Notes under the pieces: model-generated | Databases searched by the model: none | Told to the model about the DNA's origin: nothing | What the model saw: the letters and a program-made list of their open reading frames with translations, nothing else | Shown: positions 18,157 to 26,502 of the stretch, one piece after another | Numbering within the stretch: position 1 is the first letter of the stretch | How the letters are laid out: each line of letters begins with the position of its first letter | Position numbers and translations under genes: made by a program | From: Micropruina sp. | GTDB lineage: Bacteria > Actinomycetota > Actinomycetes > Propionibacteriales > Propionibacteriaceae | DNA: 64,000 nt | Direction: 5' to 3' | Assembly (NCBI RefSeq): GCF_047602385.1 | Contig: NZ_JASGHL010000001.1 | Coordinates: 692,360-756,359 of the forward strand

Positions 18157-19172
18157 AGCCGTCCCACCCGTCGAGCCCGGACCAGCCAGATCAGCACGGG
18201 TGCCCCGACCACTCCGGTGACGATGCCGACCCCGACCTCCTGCGGCCAGGCGATCACCCGGCCGGCCACATCGGCGACGATCAGCAGCAGTGCGCCCAAG
18301 AGCGCGGACGCCGGCAGCATCGCCTTGTGGTCGACCCCGACGGTGAGCCGGGCCAGATGCGGGACGGCCAGTCCGACGAACGCGATCGGACCGACCGCCG
18401 CTGTCGCGGAGCCGCACAACAGCACGATCACCAGGGCGCTCAGCAGCCGGGTGGCGAGCAGGTTGGCGCCGAGCGCCCGGCCCGCCTCCTCGCCCAGCGA
18501 GAGCGCGTTGAGCGGCCCGGCCAGTGCCAGCATCCCGACCAGTCCGGCGACCAGGAACGCCACCACCGGGCCCACCTCGTCCAACGTGCGCCCGGTCAGC
18601 GCGCCGATGTCCCAGTAGCGGAAGGAGTAGTACGCGGTCGGGTCGGTGAGCATCGCCGCCACCACGTAGGACTGCAGCAGCGCTTGGACGGCGGTGCCGG
18701 CCAGCAGCATCCGAACCGGGTTGGCGGTGCTGCGGCGTCCGGACCCCAGCAGGTAGACGACGATCGCCGCACCGGCCGCGCCGAGGAGCGCGAACCAGAT
18801 GTAGCCGGCGGGGTGGGTGATCCCGAAGACGCTGATCGCAGTGACCACCGCGGCCGCGGCTCCGCCGTTCACCCCCAGCAGCTGCGGGTCGGCCAACGGG
18901 TTGCGGGTGATCGACTGCATCACCGCGCCGGCCGCGCCGAGCGCCGAGCCGACCAGCAGCCCGAGCACCGTGCGCGGCAGCCGTCCGCCGCGGACGACGT
19001 CGATTGCCTCTTGATCGTGTCCCAGCAACCCGGCCCAGACCTGCCCGGGGCTGAGCGGGTTCGCCCCGATCGCCAGACTGGCCAGGCAGGCCGCCAGCAG
19101 CCCGGCCACGGCGAGCCCGATGGTCAGCCCGGTCAGCGCGGTACCGCCGACCCGTCCGGAGGTACGCGCCAC
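18153..19172 (-). CDS. FecCD family iron-chelate permease
   Basis: RLPRTVLGLLVGSAL, TRNPLADPQLLGVNGGA, GPIAFVGLAVPH. Confidence 0.93.
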   Translation of the reverse strand: MARTSGRVGGTALTGLTIGLAVAGLLAACLASLAIGANPLSPGQVWAGLLGHDQEAIDVVRGGRLPRTVLGLLVGSALGAAGAVMQSITRNPLADPQLLGVNGGAAAAVVTAISVFGITHPAGYIWFALLGAAGAAIVVYLLGSGRRSTANPVRMLLAGTAVQALLQSYVVAAMLTDPTAYYSFRYWDIGALTGRTLDEVGPVVAFLVAGLVGMLALAGPLNALSLGEEAGRALGANLLATRLLSALVIVLLCGSATAAVGPIAFVGLAVPHLARLTVGVDHKAMLPASALLGALLLIVADVAGRVIAWPQEVGVGIVTGVVGAPVLIWLVRARRVGRL

Positions 19173-19192
19173 CCGCCTACAGTACGAGAAAG

Positions 19193-19211
19193 TTTGGATT
19201 GCCTAGCCTAA
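19193..19211. promoter_or_regulatory. IdeR/DtxR (DmdR)-type iron box
   Basis: TTTGGATTGCCTAGCCTAA matches TTAGGTTAGCCTAACCTAA at 15/19 positions; lies between divergent TACTGT -10 hexamers (19179-19184 minus, 19219-19224 plus) of siderophore uptake genes. Confidence 0.8.
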
Positions 19212-19259
19212 GTCCGACTACTGTGAGCCGGGTCGAGCAACGATGCGAAGGGCGAACGA

Positions 19260-20306
19260 ATGAATCACGACGATGCACTGTGGGGCCGCCTGGTGAGCCG
19301 CCGGAGCCTTGGGCTGGCGAGTCTCGGGATTGCCGGCGGGGCCCTGGTGGGCTGCGGCAGCACGCCCTCGACGCCCGCCTCCCCCAGCGCGGCCGGCACG
19401 CCGAGTACCGCGGACGCCAGCTTCCCGACCACCGTGATCCATGCCTTCGGACAGACCACGATCAACGCCCAACCCACCCGGGTGGTCTCGGTCGGGGTGA
19501 CCGAGCACGACTTTCTGCTGGCCCTCGGGGTGATCCCGGTCGGAGTCACCGACTGGTACGGCGATCAGCCGTACGCCACCTGGCCCTGGGCGCGCGCAGC
19601 ACTCGGATCGGGGCAGCCCACCGTGCTGAAGAACGCCGACGGTTTCCAGTTCACCAAGATCGCCCAGCTCAAACCCGACCTGCTGATCGGGCCCAATGCG
19701 GGCATGGAGCGCGGCGACTACGACAAGCTCTCCAAGATCGCTCCCACCATTCCGCACGCCAAGGCCGACGCGGCCTGGTTCTCCCCCTGGCCCGATCTGC
19801 TGGCTCCGATCGCCCAGGCAGTCGGCAAGGTCGCCGAGGGCAAGCAGCTCGCCGCTGCGGTGAAGAAGAAGTTCGCCGACGCGGCGGCGGCCAACCCCGG
19901 ATTCGCCGGCAAGAAGGCGATCTTCCTGCAGAACGCGGTCTACGACGGAAACCTGATCGCCTACCAGAACGGCCTGAGCACCGAGTTCCTCACCGACCTG
20001 GGCCTGACCGTGCCCGCTGAGCTCGACGCCTACGTGAAGAAGGGCGAGCAGGCCTACATTCCGGTGGAGAAGATCAGCGTCCTCAATGCCGCCGACGTGC
20101 TGATCTGGGCGACCGAGAAGGACGCCGACCGGGTGGTCCTGGAGAAGGTGCCCGGCTTCAAATCGCTTACCGCGGTGCAGGCGGGACGCTCGATCTACAC
20201 CGGCGGGGAGCTGGCCGGCGCCATCTACTTCGCCTCGCCACTCAGCCTGCCGTACGTGGTGGACAAGCTGGTGCCGATGCTCGCCGGGGCGTTCGCCTCG
20301 CGCTGA
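19260..20306 (+). CDS. Iron-siderophore ABC substrate-binding lipoprotein with Tat-like signal
   Basis: SRRSLG twin-arginine-like motif, lipobox LVGC, HAFGQT, PTRVVSVG, IAQLKPDLLI, LSKIAPT. Confidence 0.92.
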   Translation: MNHDDALWGRLVSRRSLGLASLGIAGGALVGCGSTPSTPASPSAAGTPSTADASFPTTVIHAFGQTTINAQPTRVVSVGVTEHDFLLALGVIPVGVTDWYGDQPYATWPWARAALGSGQPTVLKNADGFQFTKIAQLKPDLLIGPNAGMERGDYDKLSKIAPTIPHAKADAAWFSPWPDLLAPIAQAVGKVAEGKQLAAAVKKKFADAAAANPGFAGKKAIFLQNAVYDGNLIAYQNGLSTEFLTDLGLTVPAELDAYVKKGEQAYIPVEKISVLNAADVLIWATEKDADRVVLEKVPGFKSLTAVQAGRSIYTGGELAGAIYFASPLSLPYVVDKLVPMLAGAFASR

Positions 20307-20313
20307 ACGCGGT

Positions 20314-21648
20314 TCACTCGAGGCTCTGCTCCAGCAGCCTGAGCCAGACCTCGCTGGCCGTGGGATAGCTGGGTACCGCGTGCCAGAGCTGCTGCAGCGT
20401 CAGCCCGCCGACGATCGCGACGGTGGCGGCATGCAATAGTTCGGCCACGTCAGTGCCGACGAAGGTCGCGCCCAGCACTCGGTCACCGCCGCCGACCACC
20501 AGCCGCGCCGAACCACGGGGATGGTCGACCAGCAGCGCCGCACCCGAGGCCGAGTCGATCGAGACCTCGAGGGCGCGGGCAGCCGGATCGTCGGCCAGCG
20601 CCTGGGCCAGCGTGGCACCGACGGTCGCGACCTCGGGATCGGTGAAGATCACCTGGGGCACCGGGACGCCGTCCGGCTGGTCGGGAACCGGACGGCCCAG
20701 CGCCTCGGCGCGCAACCGGGTGCCCAGTTGCCGGGCCCGGTACTTTCCCCAGTGGGTCAGCGCCGGTTCACCCGAGGCATCGCCGACCAGGTGCAGCCAC
20801 CCGGGACGGTCTCCGGACGGCACGGCGGAGGTGTCCGGTACCCGTCCGGCGGCGACCAGCACTTCATCGAACTCCAGGACCTCGCCGGCCACGCTGAGCC
20901 GGACGGGGCCGCCGTGCGGGCGGCCGAGCTGCCGGTCGCCGGCCCCGGGCCGGTCGGCGGCATCGACGGATACGCCGAGGCGCACCTCGACCCCGGCTCG
21001 GACCAGCGCCTCGCCGACCAACTCGGCGGCGAACGGCTCCAGCCGGTCCAGCAGCCGGTGCCGGACCAGCATCGTCACCCGGCTGCCCAATGCCGCCATC
21101 CAGGTGGCCGCTTCGCAGGCAACCACCCCACCACCGACGATCGCCAGCCGAGCGGGCACCTCGACGACACCGGTGGCGTCCCGATTCGTCCAGGGCCGGA
21201 CGCCGGCCAACTCGGCGGGGATGGCCGGCCGGCTGCCGGTGGCGACGACGACGGCGTGCCGTGCGGTGAGCGTCCGGTCCCCCACCTGCACCTGGCGCTC
21301 ACCGCTGACCCGGCCCACGCCGCGGACCACGTCGATGCCGGCGGACGCGGCCCAGGACGCCTGACCGGAGTCGTCGTAGTGACTCACCCAGTAGTCGCGC
21401 CGGGCCAGCACCCCCGCGTTGTCGATGCTGGTCGGCACCACGCCGCGCAGGTCGTGGGTGAGCGCCGCCACGTTGACCGGGCGTAACAGGGCTTTGCTCG
21501 GCATGCAGGCGTAGTAGGAGCATTCCCCGCCGATCAACTCCGCCTCGACCAGCGCCGCGGTCAATCCTGCGCCGCGGACGAAGTACTGTGCCACGTTCTC
21601 CCCGACCGGTCCGGCGCCGAGGACGATCAGGTCGTAGCTGTCTGTCAT
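20314..21648 (-). CDS. Class I pyridine nucleotide-disulfide oxidoreductase of unknown substrate
   Basis: GAGPVGE, GGECSYYACMPSK, GGGVVACE, C-terminal AVPSYPTASE. Confidence 0.9.
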   Translation of the reverse strand: MTDSYDLIVLGAGPVGENVAQYFVRGAGLTAALVEAELIGGECSYYACMPSKALLRPVNVAALTHDLRGVVPTSIDNAGVLARRDYWVSHYDDSGQASWAASAGIDVVRGVGRVSGERQVQVGDRTLTARHAVVVATGSRPAIPAELAGVRPWTNRDATGVVEVPARLAIVGGGVVACEAATWMAALGSRVTMLVRHRLLDRLEPFAAELVGEALVRAGVEVRLGVSVDAADRPGAGDRQLGRPHGGPVRLSVAGEVLEFDEVLVAAGRVPDTSAVPSGDRPGWLHLVGDASGEPALTHWGKYRARQLGTRLRAEALGRPVPDQPDGVPVPQVIFTDPEVATVGATLAQALADDPAARALEVSIDSASGAALLVDHPRGSARLVVGGGDRVLGATFVGTDVAELLHAATVAIVGGLTLQQLWHAVPSYPTASEVWLRLLEQSLE

Positions 21649-21671
21649 CGCACCATCGTCGCCGCGTGCGA

Positions 21672-21706
21672 AAGGGCCGGCAACCCCCTCGGGGGTGCCG
21701 GCCCTT
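21672..21706 (-). terminator. Intrinsic terminator of the minus-strand gene at 21717-21986
   Basis: AAGGGCCGGCA...TGCCGGCCCTT stem with inner CCCC/GGGG, ending in TTT on the minus strand. Confidence 0.75.
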
Positions 21707-21716
21707 GTCGTCTGGG

Positions 21717-21986
21717 TCAGGCTCGACGTCTGCCGCTGACCAGGCCGATCAGCCACAGCAGCAACACCGCGCCGCCGATCGCGGTCAGCATGCTGAAGAT
21801 CAGCCCGCCGCCCGCGACGTTCACGTTGAACGCGCTCAGGATCCATCCACCCAGCAGGCCACCGACGATGCCGACGATGATGTTCATCAGGATGCCCATC
21901 GAGGCGTCCGTCTTCATGATCTTGCTGGCAATCCATCCGGCGATGCCGCCGAGGATGATCCAGCCCAGGAATCCCCAACTCAACAT
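21717..21986 (-). CDS. GlsB/YeaQ/YmgE family stress membrane protein
   Basis: [36 protein letters not shown]; SD GGAGG. Confidence 0.92.
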   Translation of the reverse strand: MLSWGFLGWIILGGIAGWIASKIMKTDASMGILMNIIVGIVGGLLGGWILSAFNVNVAGGGLIFSMLTAIGGAVLLLWLIGLVSGRRRA

Positions 21987-22165
21987 TGCTGTTCCTCCTT
22001 GTCTCGTTGCAGTTCACGTACCGTCAACTGTAGGCGGGCAGATCCCAGACCGGTCCCTGGCTGCTCCCTGGATCTGCCGAATCGACCCTTTGGGGTGGGG
22101 GCCTGCGCGAAGCCGATCCGCGTGGGGCGCGTTGGCTCAGCAGATCTCCGGGACAACCTGGCCGG

Positions 22166-22564
22166 TCAGGCCTGGTCGATCCTGACCACATTGCCGGACG
22201 GGTCCCGCACCGCGCAGTCGCGCACTCCCCAGAACTGATCGGTCGGCTGCTCCAGCACCTCGACGCCGGCCTGGCTCAGCCGGGCGAAGAGGCCGTCCAG
22301 GTCGTCGGTGCGGAAGTGCGCCGCGCTCAGCGCTCCTTTGGCCAGCAATCCCCGGAGCACCTCAGTGTCGGACGGCGCGTCGGCGAGGTAGTTGCTCAGC
22401 ACGATCGAGAAATCCGACTGCCCCGGTGCCGCCAGGGTGATCCAGCGGTGCTCGCCGTTGGCCACGTCGTTGATCACCTCCAGCTCGAGCAGGTCCCGGT
22501 AGAAGCTGAGCGCTGGTTCGGTCTCGGTCGCCGCGACGAAACAGCGGGAAACACCAATTGTCAT
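22166..22564 (-). CDS. VOC/glyoxalase family protein
   Basis: ALSFYRDLL, RWITL, FRTDDLD, DQFWGVRDCAVRDPSGN. Confidence 0.9.
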   Translation of the reverse strand: MTIGVSRCFVAATETEPALSFYRDLLELEVINDVANGEHRWITLAAPGQSDFSIVLSNYLADAPSDTEVLRGLLAKGALSAAHFRTDDLDGLFARLSQAGVEVLEQPTDQFWGVRDCAVRDPSGNVVRIDQA

Positions 22565-22691
22565 GACTCAGAGGCTAGACACCGGACGTCCGGGTGACTT
22601 CTCCGATCCTGACCGATCGGCCGCGCGCCGCCGATTTGGTGGCGCACTCCGCACCACGTAGGGTTGCTCGGCTGTCAACGGGAAGGTGGAG

Positions 22692-24155
22692 ATGAGCAAG
22701 ACCGAGCGGGTGACCGAGGCGCCTTGGCTGGCGGCCAAGGACCGGTCCGTGATCACCATCCTGCTGGTGGCGACCTTCGTGGTGATCCTCAACGAGACTG
22801 CGCTGAACGTCGCCCTCACCTCGGTGATGACCGACCTGCACGTCGACGAGCGCACGGTGCAGTGGCTGACCACCGCCTTCATGCTGACCATGGCAGTGGT
22901 CATCCCGATCACCGGGTGGCTGCTCGAACGGATCCCGACCCGCGCCGCGTTCATCCTTGCGATGAGCCTGTTCACCGCCGGCACGCTGGTCTGCGCAGTC
23001 GCCCCGACCTTCGCACTGGTGCTGGCCGGACGGATCGTCCAAGCGAGCGGAACGGCGATCATGATGCCGCTGCTGATGACCACGATCATGCAGCTGGTGC
23101 CCCCCGCGCATCGCGGGGCCGTGATGGGCAACATCTCACTGGTCATCTCCGTGGCGCCCGCGCTCGGCCCGACCCTGGCCGGGGTGGTGCTGCAGTTCAG
23201 CAGCTGGCGCGGCGTCTTCGCGTTGATGGTGCCGATCGGCCTGGCCATGCTGATCGGCGGGGCGCTGCGAATCGCCAACGTCAATGAGCCGGTCCGGGTC
23301 CCTCTCGACGTGCTCTCGATCCCGCTCACCGTGCTCGGCTTCGGCGGCCTGGTCTACGGGCTCAGCCTGATCGGCGACACCGGTGCCCCGGCGGCCGAAC
23401 TGGCCACGGTGTTCTCGATCGCCATCGCCGCCCTGATCGCCTTCCTCTGGCGGCAGCTGCTGCTGGCCCGCAGCGACCGCGCCCTGCTCGACCTGCGCGC
23501 CTTCCGGCACGGTGCGTTCACGATCAGCGTCGTGGTGATGGCACTGGCGATGATGGCGCTGTTCGGCACCATCATCATGCTGCCGCTGCTGTTGCAGCGC
23601 GCCCTGCACCTGCCCGCGCTGAGCGTGGGGCTGATCCTGCTTCCCGGCGGCCTGCTGATGGGTGTGCTCGGCCCGATCGTCGGACGGCTCTACGACCGGG
23701 TCGGCGCCCGGCCGCTGATGCTGCCCGCCTCGGTGCTGGTGGCCGGCGTGTTCTGGGTGCTGTCGACCATCGCGCCGGACACCCCGTGGTGGCTGGTGCT
23801 GGTCTGCCACATGGCGATGAGTGCGTCCTTCGCCTTCATGTTCACCCCGTTGTTCACCATCGCCCTGGGCTCGCTCCCCCGGCAGCTCTACACCCACGGC
23901 TCGGCGATCGTGGGCACCGTGCAGCAGCTCGCCGGAGCCCTGGGCACCGCCGTGTTCGTGACGGTCTTCGCCACCCAGTCCGAGGCTCGGCGACAGACCG
24001 GGGCCGGGGTCGAGGCGAGCCTTCTGTACGGCTCGCACCTGGCCTTCATCGGTGCCGGAGCGGTCTGGCTGCTGGCCATCGTGGCCATCGCCTTCCTGCG
24101 GACGCCCGAGCCCGAGGCCGAGGCTTCGCACGGAACCGAACGCGATTTGGATTGA
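22692..24155 (+). CDS. DHA2-family MFS multidrug transporter (LmrB-like)
   Basis: ILNETALNVAL, QWLTTAFML, GRIVQASGT, APALGPTLAG; 14-TM pattern. Confidence 0.93.
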   Translation: MSKTERVTEAPWLAAKDRSVITILLVATFVVILNETALNVALTSVMTDLHVDERTVQWLTTAFMLTMAVVIPITGWLLERIPTRAAFILAMSLFTAGTLVCAVAPTFALVLAGRIVQASGTAIMMPLLMTTIMQLVPPAHRGAVMGNISLVISVAPALGPTLAGVVLQFSSWRGVFALMVPIGLAMLIGGALRIANVNEPVRVPLDVLSIPLTVLGFGGLVYGLSLIGDTGAPAAELATVFSIAIAALIAFLWRQLLLARSDRALLDLRAFRHGAFTISVVVMALAMMALFGTIIMLPLLLQRALHLPALSVGLILLPGGLLMGVLGPIVGRLYDRVGARPLMLPASVLVAGVFWVLSTIAPDTPWWLVLVCHMAMSASFAFMFTPLFTIALGSLPRQLYTHGSAIVGTVQQLAGALGTAVFVTVFATQSEARRQTGAGVEASLLYGSHLAFIGAGAVWLLAIVAIAFLRTPEPEAEASHGTERDLD

Positions 24156-24194
24156 GTGCTGGTGGGCCGCGGCCGGATACGGCACGATACGCCC

Positions 24195-25067
24195 ATGGCG
24201 AAACTTCCAAAGTTGGATAACGAGCTCTACGAGGCAGAGTTGCTGCGGTTGCAGTCGGAACTGGTGGAGATGCAGGAATGGCTGCGTACCGAGGGTAAGC
24301 GGCTGGTGGTGGTGTTCGAGGGGCGTGATGCTGCGGGTAAGGGTGGTGCGATCAAGCGGATCACGGAGTATTTGAGTCCGCGGATCGCGCAGGTGGTGGC
24401 GTTGCCGGCTCCGACGGAGCGGCAGCAGTCGCAGTGGTATTTCCAGCGGTATATCCAGCATCTGCCGTCGGCTGGTCAGATCAAGTTGTTCGATCGGTCG
24501 TGGTACAACCGGGCCGGTGTGGAGCGGGTGATGGGGTACTGCAGCACCGCGGAGCATCGGCGCTTCCTGCGGCAGTGTCCGATCTTCGAGCGGATGCTGA
24601 TCGAGGACGGGATCATTCTTCGTAAGTACTGGTTCTCGGTGTCGGACAAGATGCAGGAGAAGCGGTTCAAGTCGCGGTTGACCGATCCGATGCGGCAGTG
24701 GAAGTTGTCGCCGACGGATCTCGAATCGTTGACCCGGTGGGAGGACTACTCGCGGGCCAAGGATGAGATGTTCGTGCACACCGATATTCCGGAGGCACGG
24801 TGGAATGTGGTGGAGTCGGAGGACAAGAAGCGGGCGCGGATCAACATGATCGCGCATCTGCTGGCGTCCATTCCGTATGAGAAGGTGGAGCGGCCGACGT
24901 TGAAGCTGCCCAAGCGTCCGCCGTCCACCGGCTACCAGCGCACCGATCGCGGCCTGCAGTCCGAGGTGCCGGACGTGACCGTCGGGCTCGAGCGGAAGGC
25001 CAAGGCGGCCAAGTACGTGGACCCCGAGGATGACGATCACCACGACGAAGAGACCCACGAGGGCTGA
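24195..25067 (+). CDS. ppk2: Polyphosphate kinase 2
   Basis: FEGRDAAGKGG, QWYFQRY, FDRSWYNRAG, WKLSPTD, KKRARIN. Confidence 0.96.
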   Translation: MAKLPKLDNELYEAELLRLQSELVEMQEWLRTEGKRLVVVFEGRDAAGKGGAIKRITEYLSPRIAQVVALPAPTERQQSQWYFQRYIQHLPSAGQIKLFDRSWYNRAGVERVMGYCSTAEHRRFLRQCPIFERMLIEDGIILRKYWFSVSDKMQEKRFKSRLTDPMRQWKLSPTDLESLTRWEDYSRAKDEMFVHTDIPEARWNVVESEDKKRARINMIAHLLASIPYEKVERPTLKLPKRPPSTGYQRTDRGLQSEVPDVTVGLERKAKAAKYVDPEDDDHHDEETHEG

Positions 25068-25094
25068 CCCGCAGGTCCGAGGGTTCTGGACGGC

Positions 25095-25129
25095 TCGAAG
25101 GCGCGCCCTGCTCCAGGGCGCGCCTTCGA
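25095..25129. terminator. Perfect 16-bp hairpin downstream of ppk2
   Basis: TCGAAGGCGCGCCCTG-ctc-CAGGGCGCGCCTTCGA; no strong U tract, as is common in actinobacteria. Confidence 0.7.
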
Positions 25130-25144
25130 TGCGATACTGACCGC

Positions 25145-25819
25145 GTGCATAGCAAGCCGCCGGTCAGGGTCGCGCTGATCAACGACTACGAGGTCGTTGT
25201 CACCGGTCTACTTCACATGTTCGCCAACTACGCCGATCGCGTGCAGGTGGTGAAACTCATCGCCGGACGCGAGGTCCGCGAGCGAGTCGATATCGCGCTG
25301 TTCGACAGTTTCGGGAACCTCCCCGCGGACAGCCCGCGAATCGAGGCGGTGCTGCGCAACCCGTTGGTCGGCCGCACCGTGATCTACACCTGGAACTTCC
25401 AGCCGGCGCTGATCGAACGGGCTCGCCAGCAGGGCGTCTCGGGGTATCTCTCCAAGACCTTGCCGGCGCGCGCCCTGGTGGCCGCGATCGAAGAGGTCCA
25501 CGCCGGCCGGGTGGTGGTCAGTCCGGCGCCGAAGGCGGTAAGCCCGAGCGGTGGCGACTGGCCCGGACGCGAGGAAGGGCTCTCCTACCGCGAGAGCGAG
25601 GTCTTGGCGCTGATCACCCATGGGCTGCCGAACGCGGAGATCGCCCAGGGCATGTATCTCAGCCCCAACTCGGTCAAGAGTTACATCCGCTCGGCGTACC
25701 GCAAGATCGGGGTGGCCCGCCGCTCCCAGGCCGTCGCCTGGGGGATGCGGCACGGCTTCTCCACCGACTACGTCCGGCTCGACCCCGCCGACGTCGAACC
25801 CGACCCCGAGACCGGCTAG
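25145..25819 (+). CDS. NarL/LuxR-family response regulator (orphan)
   Basis: RVALINDYEVV, IALFD, GYLSK receiver; LSYRESEVLALI...SPNSVKSYIRSAYRKIG HTH. Confidence 0.9.
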   Translation: MHSKPPVRVALINDYEVVVTGLLHMFANYADRVQVVKLIAGREVRERVDIALFDSFGNLPADSPRIEAVLRNPLVGRTVIYTWNFQPALIERARQQGVSGYLSKTLPARALVAAIEEVHAGRVVVSPAPKAVSPSGGDWPGREEGLSYRESEVLALITHGLPNAEIAQGMYLSPNSVKSYIRSAYRKIGVARRSQAVAWGMRHGFSTDYVRLDPADVEPDPETG

Positions 25820-26439
25820 GCCTCGAACAGACTGAGGTCGCCGGCGCCGCGCCGGATCACCACGATCTCGTCTCCGGTGAGGTCGATCACGCTGGTCGGC
25901 TCGCTCCCGCAGTCACCCGAGTCGAGCACCGCGTCGAGGGCATGCCCGACCTCGTCGTTGACGGTCCAGCCGTCCGCCATCGGTTCGGACTGGCCGGGCA
26001 GCAGCAAGGTACTCGACATCAGCGGTTCGCCCAGCTCGTGCAGCAGGGCGAGCGCGGTCACATGCTGCGGCAGCCGGACGCCGACGGTCTTCCGCTTCGG
26101 CTGCAGCATCACCTTCGGCGCCTCTCTGGTGGCGGTGAGGATGAAGGTGTAGCCGCCCGGGGTGGCAGCCTTGATCGCCCGGAAGACATCGTTGCTCATC
26201 TGGACGTACTGGCCGAGCTGGGCGAACTCGCTGCAGACCAGGGTGAAGTTGTGCTTGGCGTCGAGTTGCCGCAGGTCACGGATCCGGTCCAGGCCGGAGC
26301 GGTTGCCGAGCAGGCAGCCGAGCGCGTAGCCGGAGTCGGTGGGGTAGGCGACCAGTCCCCCCTCGCGCAGGATCGCCGCCACCTGCGCCAGGGCACGAGG
26401 TTGCGGGTTTGCGGGGTGGACGTCGAAGTAGCGGGCCAT
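25816..26439 (-). CDS. Sua5/YciO/YrdC family protein (threonylcarbamoyl-AMP synthase fold)
   Basis: AYPTDSGYALGC, TPGGYTFIL, KRKTVGVRLP, PLMSST. Confidence 0.92.
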   Translation of the reverse strand: MARYFDVHPANPQPRALAQVAAILREGGLVAYPTDSGYALGCLLGNRSGLDRIRDLRQLDAKHNFTLVCSEFAQLGQYVQMSNDVFRAIKAATPGGYTFILTATREAPKVMLQPKRKTVGVRLPQHVTALALLHELGEPLMSSTLLLPGQSEPMADGWTVNDEVGHALDAVLDSGDCGSEPTSVIDLTGDEIVVIRRGAGDLSLFEA

Positions 26440-26502
26440 CGGGGGGAGCCTTCCTGTCGAGACCTGCCGGCGGGCAGCCGAATCAGCCGCCAGAATGCAG
26501 CC

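Noticed and set aside
21649-22017. N-terminal extension of the oxidoreductase ORF (567 aa)
   Set aside because: Overlaps the glsB-like gene in another frame and crosses its terminator; the Rossmann motif starts at ATG 21648.
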